A stretch of 64,000 nt of DNA from Promethearchaeota archaeon (GTDB lineage: Archaea; Asgardarchaeota; Lokiarchaeia; Sigyniarchaeales; SOKP01), in contig JBHLNS010000001.1 of assembly GCA_048941285.1 (NCBI GenBank), forward strand, positions 64,001 through 128,000, read 5' to 3'. Within the stretch, counting starts at the first letter, position 1; each line of letters opens with the position of its first letter. A program made the translations under genes and the position numbers. The notes under the pieces are model-generated. The model was not told the DNA's origin. It saw nothing but the letters and a program-made list of their open reading frames with translations, and made no database searches. Of the stretch, positions 30,654-40,712 are shown piece after piece.

Positions 30654-31616
30654 TTATATTAAGATAATTATTACACCCAAAATTGTTAATATGACTCCTA
30701 TAAAACCAAACCTTGATATACTTTCCTTATTTACAAGATAAGTTAATGGAAGTGCAAATAATGGACTTGTACTAGCTATTAATGAAACTATATTTGCCCC
30801 AGCCAAATGTACGGATTCAGTATATAGATATGCACCTAATGAAGTCCCTATGATTGAAGCAATTAATAGATACATCCATGAATGTAATGACTTCTTCTTA
30901 TAAGATGCATTGTTATTTTTTTTTAAAAAATAATTTTCTCTTAATACCATTGAACCTAAAATCATTAATGCAAATGGAAATCTTATAAGATTTCCTATAA
31001 CAGAACTTAGTTCTTTAATATGAATAATTAGATCTATTTGTAGTGTAGCAAATTGAATTAAAACAGCACCAATAGCCCACCCTATAGATGCAGTAAAACA
31101 AAATCCCATTGCTTTTATGTATTTTTTGCCAAAAATTTCTTTTATGAATAGATCTGAACTTAGAGAACTTTGCTGCTTTTTCTCAAAAGGTTTTTTTGAC
31201 TTTCCGATAATTATTACGCCACTACCGATCATAATTAGAGATAAAACCAGATTCAATTTAAACGGTTGATTAAAAAAGAATAGAGATAATATAAAGGTAA
31301 ATAGAGGAAATGTCATTGAGATAGCAAGTGCAATAGTAGTTCCTAATTCCTTCTGTGCTATAAAATACGCAGTATCTCCAATTACTTGACCGAAAATAAA
31401 GCTTAAAATTAATAACAACCATATTTCCCAAGGTATCATAAATATCAAATTTAATTGATTTAAGAATAGCACAATAAAAAAGAATGTTAGAGTTCCTATT
31501 GCTGTTCGAAAAAAATTTATAAAAGTTGGACTTACCTCATTTTCGGTCTTACGAAAAATAACATTAGAGCTTACAAATGTTAGCACTGCTGAAATTGCGA
31601 TAAGTTCTCCTAACAT
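30654..31616 (-). CDS. DMT/EamA family transporter
   Basis: Two EamA-like halves with about 10 TM segments; SPLFALPLTYLVNKESI. Confidence 0.85.
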   Translation of the reverse strand: MLGELIAISAVLTFVSSNVIFRKTENEVSPTFINFFRTAIGTLTFFFIVLFLNQLNLIFMIPWEIWLLLILSFIFGQVIGDTAYFIAQKELGTTIALAISMTFPLFTFILSLFFFNQPFKLNLVLSLIMIGSGVIIIGKSKKPFEKKQQSSLSSDLFIKEIFGKKYIKAMGFCFTASIGWAIGAVLIQFATLQIDLIIHIKELSSVIGNLIRFPFALMILGSMVLRENYFLKKNNNASYKKKSLHSWMYLLIASIIGTSLGAYLYTESVHLAGANIVSLIASTSPLFALPLTYLVNKESISRFGFIGVILTILGVIIILI

Positions 31617-31657
31617 TAATTACATAAAATAAAGAGAACATAAATTGTTTTGTATTA

Positions 31658-32266
31658 TTATTCTTTTTTACCCTTTTGATTTTCAATCTTTATTGTGAGT
31701 TCTGTATTACAATTATAACAAAATTTTGGGAGCGATTCAAACACAACTCCACATTTTGGGCAAATTAATTTTCCATCTTCAACAATGTCATTTAAATCTT
31801 CCAAATGTTGATTAGATTTAGATTCATGTATTTTTTTAATAATTAGAGAGAGGCTCGTCGAAAGAATAAATATTGTAACCCCAAGCAAAATTGTATGAAT
31901 TAAATGGAAACCAAAAAAAGAATTAAAATATATAGTTGAATATCTGGACAAAAAAATGTAAACAAAGAAATTAGGAAAGAAGAATGTTAATAAATTTATT
32001 GTGTAGGATTTTTTGAAATCATTATAAATAAATATGGGAATTAGCGAAACCGAGATCCATATAATATATATAAAAATTAACTTAGGTAATATATCAAATA
32101 AAGTGTAGTTTGCAAAAAATTGAACTATAACTTTTTGCTCAAAAGTTGTGTCGATATTAAAACTAAGATTAAATTGATAACCATAAAAATATATAATTAA
32201 ATTTAATATCAGAGTTTGAATTAAGAAAATGACAAGTTTTTTCCTAAAAACATCAATAATCTTCAT
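31658..32266 (-). CDS. Membrane protein with C-terminal zinc ribbon
   Basis: 4 TM segments, then CPKC...CYNC. Confidence 0.7.
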   Translation of the reverse strand: MKIIDVFRKKLVIFLIQTLILNLIIYFYGYQFNLSFNIDTTFEQKVIVQFFANYTLFDILPKLIFIYIIWISVSLIPIFIYNDFKKSYTINLLTFFFPNFFVYIFLSRYSTIYFNSFFGFHLIHTILLGVTIFILSTSLSLIIKKIHESKSNQHLEDLNDIVEDGKLICPKCGVVFESLPKFCYNCNTELTIKIENQKGKKE

Positions 32267-32371
32267 ATATAATTATCTAAATATTTTAAAAAATAAAACT
32301 CTTCTAAATAGATGATGAAAATAGTTTCACAAAAAAAAAGAAAAAAAATATTATTTCTAAATTCAATTTTC

Positions 32372-33865
32372 TCAAGTATTTTTTTTAATTATCCTCTTTT
32401 CTATTAATATGATGGTAATTCCGATTAACGAGGCTATAGTTAGAATCTCAATCTGATATCCTGGAATTCCGAGTTTTTCTATGACACTAAAATAAGCAGT
32501 AAAAACTGGATCATGTTGTAATGCTCCACCTTGTCCTTCACCATAGTCTGGATAACTTGTAATAAAGAAAGCCGCTGTTTTATTAGGTTGTAAGTCATTC
32601 CAAACTCGTTCAAAAGGAATTCCATTAACAAACCTATTAGTTTGATTAATTGCATAGCAACAGATTAAGCGTCCAAATTCACCAACTAAAGGAAGCATTC
32701 CAGATACAAACTCTATAAATTCATTATCAGCATTTACATCTAAACACTCATAAAGCACGTCTTTCTCCCCCATATCTGTTCCATTACGATGAGTTAAATG
32801 ATAGGTTGGTTTTTGACTAAATTTAAAATCAAACGCATGAGCTCCACCTAAGGTGGTTTCAACAGTAGTTAATCCAGTTTTGTGAACGGTAGCATTAATT
32901 TCACCAACTGCATGATCAGTTAATGACCAATCTTGTTCTGCCCATATAAATGACCAAGTACCTAAACACATTGCCCAATACTCTGGCATATACCCTTCTT
33001 CGCCAGGAAAGACTTCAACCCACGGATCTGTCTGATTATCTCTATGCATTAGCGTATCAAGTTTTCCTGTTTCATAATTTTGACTTAGAGTAGCAACACC
33101 TAATGCAGTATCAATATCTAGAGAATATTCGTAATATACAAATGTTTGGTTTCCAATTACCTGTGATCCATCGATATAAGACCCTGGATCAGAGTAATTA
33201 AAACCCCATTCAAACCCAAAGCCTGTTGGAGTATGGTTTATTTTAGGAACATAAAAGACTATATCAGTATAATTATAACCCCATTTATAACTCACAATTG
33301 AACCACTTACTGTGCGGTGCATATGGGTTATTTTAGTTTCAGGATTCGACTTAATTCCTACAATCTCTCTCAATTCTGTATTATTTGAGCCCATATAAAA
33401 AAATGGAGTAATTTCTTCACCATCTTCATATGCATCTGTATTATTTTTATCAGCAAATCCGAACCAAGCGCAATGCATTGAAGCAATATAAATTTCTGAA
33501 CCGTTTAGATAAGCATGTTGCCACCACATTTGTGCAGGTGTAGTATAAATTACACGTTCACCACCTTCTTCCAGTTCTTTGTCAATAAAAGCTAGCATAC
33601 CCATCTCAAAATTCCCTTCTTTCATCCATTTCATATTCCAGGTATTATCCTGCCAAGATACTTCGGGTCTTACTTCTGGATGATCCCAATGAGAATTATT
33701 ATAAATGTCCTCATCCCAATAGTTTTCATCAAATGTACGGTCATTAAAAGCATCTTCAGGATTTGGGGGGCCTTCTTGTGCCTTTGCATTAAACGTTATT
33801 AATCCCAATATAAGAATAAATCCAAAAATTAAAGTTAAAATTCTACTCTTGTGATAGGATTTCAT
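32372..33865 (-). CDS. Secreted/cell-surface protein with C-terminal IPGY-TM-basic anchor (Loki-CTERM-like)
   Basis: N-terminal signal peptide (..NAKA|Q); C-terminal HDP..., GIPGY, a TM helix and KRIIKK. Confidence 0.7.
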   Translation of the reverse strand: MKSYHKSRILTLIFGFILILGLITFNAKAQEGPPNPEDAFNDRTFDENYWDEDIYNNSHWDHPEVRPEVSWQDNTWNMKWMKEGNFEMGMLAFIDKELEEGGERVIYTTPAQMWWQHAYLNGSEIYIASMHCAWFGFADKNNTDAYEDGEEITPFFYMGSNNTELREIVGIKSNPETKITHMHRTVSGSIVSYKWGYNYTDIVFYVPKINHTPTGFGFEWGFNYSDPGSYIDGSQVIGNQTFVYYEYSLDIDTALGVATLSQNYETGKLDTLMHRDNQTDPWVEVFPGEEGYMPEYWAMCLGTWSFIWAEQDWSLTDHAVGEINATVHKTGLTTVETTLGGAHAFDFKFSQKPTYHLTHRNGTDMGEKDVLYECLDVNADNEFIEFVSGMLPLVGEFGRLICCYAINQTNRFVNGIPFERVWNDLQPNKTAAFFITSYPDYGEGQGGALQHDPVFTAYFSVIEKLGIPGYQIEILTIASLIGITIILIEKRIIKKNT

Positions 33866-34130
33866 TTTTATAGTGTCCTTTTTTCAAATTAAAGTTTATT
33901 TAAAATAACAAAAACAAATTTGTCTATTTAAATCTAATTGAAATTTAAAAATGCCCAAAACAGTAAAATTTTTAATATTTGCTATCTTTTAATACGTACA
34001 GTGGAAGACTCGTATTCTTATTTTTTTAATATGGCATATTATAACCATTATAAAGGATGTTTTCTCCCATGAATTGTGTTTCTTTTTCAAATTCTATTTA
34101 TGAAAGTATTATTTTGGAGGTATTTAGTTT

Positions 34131-37124
34131 ATGAGTTATACGTTTTCAAGAACAAAAATGATTGAAAAGATCAAGTTTGGACTTCTAAGCCCTGATGAAA
34201 TCCGAAAAATGTCAGCAGCCCGTATTATAACTGCTGATACATATGATGAAGATGGATTACCTATACCATCTGGATTAATGGACCAACGATTAGGTACCAT
34301 CGAACCTGGGCAACGTTGTCAAACTTGTGGGAATTTAGTAAGTAACTGTATGGGCCATTTCGGGCATTGTTAGAAACAATTAGATTCTAACGCCTAAATC
34401 GAATTAGCCCGTCCAGTTATTCATGTAGGTTATGCTAAAAAAGTCTTAAAAGTTTTACGTAGTATTTGTCCAGAATGTTCACGTTTGATGCTTACAGAGG
34501 AGGAAAAAGAGAAATTTAGAGTAGAACAAGTTAAACACCGAAAAATCTTTTTTGAAGGAGATGAAGACGCGGCAAAAATTGTCTTTAAACGAGCAAGAAA
34601 AGCAAAAAATTGCCCTTATTGCGAGGCAAAAAAGAAAAAAATAATTATTGAAAAGCCGACAACTTTTTATGAGGAAGAAGAAGGGAAAGGTTCACGGAGA
34701 ATAACTCCTATTGAAATATTAGAACGATTAAAAAAGATGAGTGATGTGGATCTTAGGATCCTTGGAATTTCTCCTGAAAATGCTCGTCTTGAATGGGTTG
34801 TTTTTACAGTTTTACCAATTCCCCCCGTATGTGCTAGACCCTCTATTACATTAGATAGTGGTATTCGATCTGAAGATGATTTAACACATAAATTAGTTGA
34901 CGTTATTAGAATTAACCAACGATTAAGAGAAAATATCGATGCTGGAGCACCTCATTTAATAGTCGAAGACCTGTGGGAGTTATTACAATATCATATTACA
35001 ACTTATTTTGATAATCAAGTATCTGGTATACCTCCTGCTAGACATCGATCCGGTAGAGCACTTAGAACCTTAACTCAGAGATTAAAAGGTAAGGAGGGAA
35101 GATTTAGAAGTAACTTGAGTGGAAAACGAGTCGATTTCTCTGCCCGTAGTGTAATATCCCCAAATCCTTATATTAGTATTAATGAGGTTGGTGTTCCAAT
35201 TGAAATCGCAAAAATTTTAACTATACCTACCAATGTTAATGATTGGAATATTGAAGAAATGAAACAGATGGTTTTGAATGGGCCTTTTAAACACCCTGGA
35301 GCAAATTATATTATAAGAAATGATCGTAGAAGAATTGACCTGCGATATGTCAAAAATCGGAAGATTATAGCTGACATGCTTGCTCCAGGTTTTACAATTG
35401 AGCGCCATTTAAATAATGGAGATTTAGTATTATTTAATCGCCAACCATCTCTTCATAGAATGTCGATAATGGCTCATGAAGTAAAAATAATGAAAGGAAG
35501 AACATTCCGGTTAAACCTAACAGTATGCCCGCCATATAATGCTGATTTTGACGGAGATGAAATGAACCTTCACGTACCTCAAAGCGAGGAAGCCCGTACA
35601 GAAGCAGAGCTATTGCTAAAAGTTCAAGAACATATACTGTCTCCAAGATTTGGTGGGCCAATATTAGGTGGTATTCAAGATTTTATTTCAAGCGTATTCC
35701 AATTTACAAGTAAAGAGTCTGTATACACTAAAAAGGATACTTTAAAATTGTTATATACTGGAGATGTATTTAAAAACAATCCTAAATTTAGCTTGGATCA
35801 ACTAACTCCTGTGTTATTTGACCCAGAACCAATGTATTCTGGAAAAGATATCTTCAGTACTTTATTTCCAGATGATCTAAATATTAAAGTTAAATCAAAA
35901 TTTTGTAAAAAATGTAAGGTATGTGAAAAAGAAGATTGCCCCTATGATGCTTATGTTGTAATAAAAAATGGAAATTTAATTACTGGAACTATTGATGAGA
36001 ATTCTTTTGGAGCTATGCAATCAAACAGTATTTTACAACGTATTATTAAGGATCATGGTAACGCACGAGGAAGAATATTCTTAGACAGTGCAACCAAGAT
36101 GCTATTATATGTTATTCGACAGAATGGAATGACAATGGGATTGGATGAAGTATATGTCCATGGTCATGCTTATGAAGCAATCCAAAAAATATTAGAAGAA
36201 GCAAATAAAGAATCTGAAAAATTAATTAACGCATTTTATGAAAATGATACAAAAATTCTTAGAAGAGCTCCTGGTCGTTCAATGAGGGAAACTTTAGAGT
36301 TAAGAATCCGCCAAGTATTGGCAGAAGCTAGAAAAAAAGCAGAAGAAACAGCAGCAGAATTCATTGGAGATGAAGCTCATTCTGTCATTATGACTAAATC
36401 TGGAGCTAGAGGTAATATATTAAATCTTGGACAGATGTCTGCTGTAGTAGGACAACAAGCAATTAGAGGAGAAAGAATTAATAGAGGATATAGTATGAGA
36501 ACGCTCCCTCATTTTAAAATTAATGATTTATCCCCTAAATCGCGAGGTTTTGTTTCTTCATCTTATAGAAATGGATTAAAACCAGAAGAATTCTTTTTTC
36601 ATGCTATGGGAGGAAGAGAAGGATTAGTAGATACAGCTGTAAGAACATCCACATCTGGATATATGCAACGTAGATTGGTAAATGCATTACAGGATATGGT
36701 TGTTGAAAATGATGGCACTGTTCGAAATTCTGATAAAAATATAATCCAGTTCTGTTTTGGAGATGACGGCATTGATGCAATGCACACTGATCATGGTGCT
36801 GCGGTGAACTTGGACGTTTTGTTATTAAAAGCAAAAGCTCTAAATGTTAATGAAGTGCGTGAAGAGATTAAAAAGGGCACTTCAACAAAAAAACTTGAAC
36901 CTAAGAAAAAAGATGAATCTAAGAAAAAAGATGAATCTAAGAAAAAAGATGAATCTAAGAAAAAAATAGCAGAAGAACCTAAATCTGAAGCAGAACCTGA
37001 AAAAGAAGAATTAGATGAAGATTTTTTAAAACAACAATTTGAACAAGAAACTGGGAAAAATGCAGTTTGGCGTGGTAAAGAAACCAATGCATACCTAGAA
37101 TGGAAAGAAAAAAGAATAAAATAA
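34131..37124 (+). CDS. rpo1N: DNA-directed RNA polymerase subunit A' (Rpo1N); join(34131..34367,34398..37124), 987 aa after removing a 30-nt intron
   Basis: Exon 1 ends CQTC...CMGHFGH; exon 2 starts [11 protein letters not shown] and contains [23 protein letters not shown] and [20 protein letters not shown] Shine-Dalgarno upstream of 34131. Confidence 0.95.
34368..34397 (+). other. Candidate bulge-helix-bulge/loop (EndA-type) intron in rpo1N mRNA
   Basis: 30 nt TGTTAGAAACAATTAGATTCTAACGCCTAA with in-frame TAG and TAA; 7-bp inner stem, 3-nt ATT bulge, 4-bp GGGC/GCCT helix, AAATC bulge and an exon-exon outer stem. Confidence 0.85.
36901..36965 (+). repeat. 18-bp coding tandem repeat (CTAAGAAAAAAGATGAAT x3.6) encoding KKKDES repeats in the Rpo1N C-terminal extension
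   Basis: Three perfect copies plus an 11-nt partial copy, read directly from the sequence. Confidence 0.95.
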
Positions 37125-37153
37125 AAAATTTTTAAAATAAAAGGAAGATGTAA

Positions 37154-38359
37154 ATGGCAAAAGTAACCCCAAAGTTTTTAGATGACCAGTTAAAAATCCT
37201 AAAAGAAGATGGTATTCCTGAAGATCTGATAGATAGAATAAGAGAAAAAGTAAAAGAAGAAGATTTAGAGGTAGAACAATTAGAATATCTCTTAAATAAA
37301 ATCTATATTAACTTTAATAATGCCATTGTAGAAACTTCAGAACCTGTTGGTACTGTAGCCGCACAATCAATAGGTGAACCCGGAACACAAATGACTCTGC
37401 GAACCTTTCACTATGCGGGAGTAGAAGAGTTCTCTGTCACACAAGGATTACCTCGGTTAATAGAAATCGTAGATGCGCGGCGCTTTCCAAGTACACCACA
37501 AATGTCTGTATATCTTGAAAAACCATATTCAGAATCTGAAGACAAGGCAATCGATGTGCATAATCGAATCGAACAAATTCGTATAGAACAAATTATTCAT
37601 GATATCGATTTAGATTTTGTAAATTGGAATATAGTAATTAACTTAATCCCTGAAATTTGTGAAAAAAAGGGGATTGACATTAATGAAATACCAGAAATTC
37701 TAAAACGTTATAAGAAGAAAGGAACAATAAGACGTGAAGGCAATTCTATTATTATCGATCCTGGTATAGAAGATCTACAAAGTCTCCAAAAATTAAGAGA
37801 AAAGATTCTAAAAAAGGTTGTAAAAGGAATAAGAGGTGTAAAAAGGGGTTTATTAACTCCTTCAGATGATGGAGAAGAATGGATAATTAAGACAGAAGGT
37901 ACTAATATGCAAAGTGTTATCCAAATTGAAGGAGTTGATGTAACGAAAACTGTATCAAATCATATCCATGAGATAGAAAAACTATATGGAATCGAAGCAG
38001 CACGCCAGATGATAATATTAGAATCTCAAAAAGTGCTTGAACAACAAGGATTAGATGTAGATTTAAGACATCTCTTGATTTTAGCTGATCTAATGTGTTA
38101 TTCCGGATCAATACAATCTATTGGGAGGCATGGAATCTCAGGTTCAAAATCAAGTGTATTTGCGAGAGCTGCTTTTGAAGTCACAGTTAATCAACTGCTT
38201 GATGCAGGTCTCTATGGAGAGGAAGAACGCCTTTTGGGTATTCCCGAGAATGTAATTGTAGGCCAAATTAGCCCTATCGGATCAGGCCGTGTTAATGTAA
38301 TGTTTGACCTAGACGCTAATTTAGAATTATTAAAAAAGAAAAAAAAAAGAGAAAGTTAA
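37154..38359 (+). CDS. rpo1C: DNA-directed RNA polymerase subunit A'' (Rpo1C)
   Basis: [18 protein letters not shown] trigger loop, [14 protein letters not shown] and ENVIVGQ motifs. Confidence 0.97.
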   Translation: MAKVTPKFLDDQLKILKEDGIPEDLIDRIREKVKEEDLEVEQLEYLLNKIYINFNNAIVETSEPVGTVAAQSIGEPGTQMTLRTFHYAGVEEFSVTQGLPRLIEIVDARRFPSTPQMSVYLEKPYSESEDKAIDVHNRIEQIRIEQIIHDIDLDFVNWNIVINLIPEICEKKGIDINEIPEILKRYKKKGTIRREGNSIIIDPGIEDLQSLQKLREKILKKVVKGIRGVKRGLLTPSDDGEEWIIKTEGTNMQSVIQIEGVDVTKTVSNHIHEIEKLYGIEAARQMIILESQKVLEQQGLDVDLRHLLILADLMCYSGSIQSIGRHGISGSKSSVFARAAFEVTVNQLLDAGLYGEEERLLGIPENVIVGQISPIGSGRVNVMFDLDANLELLKKKKKRES

Positions 38360-38461
38360 CCAAAAACTTTTAATTTAGATGAATTAACTTAAACGTGCCA
38401 AAAAAAAATTAAAAAAGTATCCTTCTTATTACTTATTATATAGAAACTGTTTGAATATACC

Positions 38462-38836
38462 ATGGCAAAGAGAAAAACTAAAAATTCCGTCGAGAAAGTT
38501 GATCTTAGTCGGAAAAAAACAAAGGAATTTGATGTAGACACCAATATTAAGGTAGCATATAAAACTGGTAAAATTATTTTTGGTAAGAGTCAAGTTCTTA
38601 AAAGTTTACATAGAGAAAATCCCTATAAAATGCTTATTGTAAGCGATAATTGCCCAAATGAATTGATGGATGAATTAGATAATTTTAATTATCTCCATAA
38701 AGACAAAATTTTTATTTATAAATATAAAGGTTCAAGTTGGGACTTAGGCTTAGCATGTGCTAAACCTTACATGATCTCTATTATAGGTGTAATTGATTTT
38801 GGAGATTCAGACTTAATTTCTTTAAAAACTAAATGA
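38462..38836 (+). CDS. rpl30e: 50S ribosomal protein L30e
   Basis: KTGKIIFG, DNCP, GSSWDLGLACAKPY and GDSDL motifs; canonical position. Confidence 0.93.
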   Translation: MAKRKTKNSVEKVDLSRKKTKEFDVDTNIKVAYKTGKIIFGKSQVLKSLHRENPYKMLIVSDNCPNELMDELDNFNYLHKDKIFIYKYKGSSWDLGLACAKPYMISIIGVIDFGDSDLISLKTK

Positions 38837-38867
38837 TATTAATAATCACTAGAGTTTTGATTTTTTC

Positions 38868-39344
38868 ATGTTAAAAAAAAATATAAAAATTGATCGGGAA
38901 GCAATGGAACTGATTTCACTATTTAATAATATCTCTGGTGCCATTATTAAAGATTGTCTTACCTTTAAATCTCCTGAAAATGGCTCTGAAATCATTATAT
39001 TTTTAGTAAAAGAAGAAGATGTTGGAAAAGCTATTGGTAAATCTGGTGAACACGTTAAAGATTTAAAGTCTAAACTCCAAAAAAAGATTGATGTAATTGC
39101 TTTCTCAGAAAACTTAAATAAATTTATTCAAAATATCTTACAGACTACAAAAAATACCATAATGGTTCAAAATATTGAAATAAAAGAAAATAGAAATCAA
39201 AAGAAAACGGTTGTAATAACTGTAAGGCCTCAAGATCGTGGAAAAGCTATTGGAAAGGATGGTTCCATGATAAGAAAAATTAAAGAATTAGTTTTAAGAT
39301 ATTTCGAAGTTGATAATGTAATCATTAATACTAAAAATATCTAA
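38868..39344 (+). CDS. nusA: Archaeal NusA (two KH domains)
   Basis: Two GKAIGKxG KH motifs; located between rpl30e and rps12. Confidence 0.92.
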   Translation: MLKKNIKIDREAMELISLFNNISGAIIKDCLTFKSPENGSEIIIFLVKEEDVGKAIGKSGEHVKDLKSKLQKKIDVIAFSENLNKFIQNILQTTKNTIMVQNIEIKENRNQKKTVVITVRPQDRGKAIGKDGSMIRKIKELVLRYFEVDNVIINTKNI

Positions 39345-39416
39345 AACCTACCTCCAACTATACATAAATTTTAAGTTTAAAGAAACATTTTTTTTCCTAC
39401 TAAAGTTAAAAAGTAG

Positions 39417-39857
39417 GTGTTATTAATAGCTCCTAAAGGGTTATATGCTGCAAGAAAACTTAAAATAGTCCGAAAAAAATACCGATGGTCTAAAACAAAA
39501 TACAAAAGAAGAAAGCTTCAATTAAAGAAGAAGGTAGACCCATTGGAGGGGTCATGCCAAGCTCTTGGGATTGTCCTACAAAAAGTTGGCAGAGAGAGTA
39601 AACAACCCAACTCAGCAATTAGAAAGTGCGTAAGAGTTCAATTAAAAAAAAATGGAAAAGGAGTAACAGCCTTCCTACCGGGAGACGGAGCTCTCAATTT
39701 TATAGAAGAACACGACAGAGTAATTGTTGAGGGAATTGGAGGAGCAAAAGGACGTTCCATAGGAGATCTCCCTGGGGTTCGCTATAAAGTGGTAAAAGTT
39801 AATGGAGTAAGTCTTGATGCACTTTTAGCTGGAAAGAAAGAGAAGCCACTCCGATAA
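39417..39857 (+). CDS. rps12: 30S ribosomal protein S12 (uS12); start GTG 39417 or ATA 39426
   Basis: [15 protein letters not shown] and [13 protein letters not shown] motifs. Confidence 0.97.
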   Translation: MLLIAPKGLYAARKLKIVRKKYRWSKTKYKRRKLQLKKKVDPLEGSCQALGIVLQKVGRESKQPNSAIRKCVRVQLKKNGKGVTAFLPGDGALNFIEEHDRVIVEGIGGAKGRSIGDLPGVRYKVVKVNGVSLDALLAGKKEKPLR

Positions 39858-39870
39858 GAGGTTATAAGAT

Positions 39871-40488
39871 ATGAGTAAGGATAAGAGCGAAATAAAATTA
39901 TTTAATAAATGGTCTTTTAAAGACATTACAGTTGATGATATTACACTTGAAAATTATATAAATTTAAAACCTATTATTGTTCCACATTCAGCTGGAAGAC
40001 ATGAACATAAAAGATTCTGGAAATCATCTAAAGTTTCAATAATTGAGAGATTTAATAATAGATTGCTTTCTCCTGGATTTATTAGTGGAAAAATTAGGGG
40101 TCATAAAAGTTCATATAATTCTGGTAAAAAATTCAAATTATTAAGAAGTCTCGAGGATGCATTCACTTTAATCGAGTTACTTACTGGCCAAAATCCAATA
40201 CAAGTCTTAGTAGATGCTATAATTAATACCGCACCTAGAGAAGAAACCACCAAAATTGCGATGGGAGGAATTAGTTATGCATCAGCAGTGGATATCGCGC
40301 CCCAGCGTCGAATTGATTTAGCAATCAAGTATCTTGTTCAAGCAATTGGTGCAAGATCTCATGGTAATGTTAAACAGTTTGAAGAAAATCTCGCTCAAGA
40401 ATTAATGTTAGCAGCAAATAATAGTCAAGAATCTCGAGCTGTGAAGAGAAAAGATGAAATAGAAAGAATTGCTGTTTCTGCGAGATAA
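39871..40488 (+). CDS. rps7: 30S ribosomal protein S7 (uS7)
   Basis: LFNKW, NPIQVLVDAI..APREE, AVDIAPQRR and ERIAVSAR motifs. Confidence 0.97.
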   Translation: MSKDKSEIKLFNKWSFKDITVDDITLENYINLKPIIVPHSAGRHEHKRFWKSSKVSIIERFNNRLLSPGFISGKIRGHKSSYNSGKKFKLLRSLEDAFTLIELLTGQNPIQVLVDAIINTAPREETTKIAMGGISYASAVDIAPQRRIDLAIKYLVQAIGARSHGNVKQFEENLAQELMLAANNSQESRAVKRKDEIERIAVSAR

Positions 40489-40553
40489 GATTTTTTCTTA
40501 TAATACTAATTTTGAAATAAATTGTACAAAAATAATAAAAAAAATTTAATTAT

Positions 40554-40712
40554 TTAGTTTTGGGAAGCCCCACAAATACCACAAAATTTAGCTTCTGGAT
40601 TTGAAACACTACCACATTCATGACAGAAATTAACTTGACTATTAGATTTTGAAATTTTTGAAATCGAAATAAGGCAAAAATAACTTATATTGGTGAGATT
40701 TAGAACCAGAAT
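40554..40712 (-). pseudogene. Small zinc-ribbon ORF or remnant with no canonical start codon
   Basis: Stop-to-stop frame encodes ...QVNFCHECGSVSNPEAKFCGICGASQN*; no ATG/GTG/TTG in frame. Confidence 0.45.

Noticed and set aside
34368-34397. The insert as a spliceosomal, group I/II intron, intein or transposon footprint
   Set aside because: No GT...AG ends, far too short for a self-splicing intron, contains stop codons (so not an intein), and has no flanking target-site duplication.
34131-34484. rpo1N as a pseudogene, a naturally split subunit, or stop-codon readthrough
   Set aside because: The gene is essential and otherwise intact. The 29 codons before the ORF-track start at 34485 ([11 protein letters not shown]...CPEC) are conserved but have no start codon of their own. 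Readthrough would need two different stops (TAG, TAA) and would add 10 aa inside an invariant motif. An intron explains all of this.
36901-36965. CRISPR-like or non-coding repeat array
   Set aside because: Head-to-tail 18-bp units with no spacers, in frame within a CDS; no cas genes in the window.
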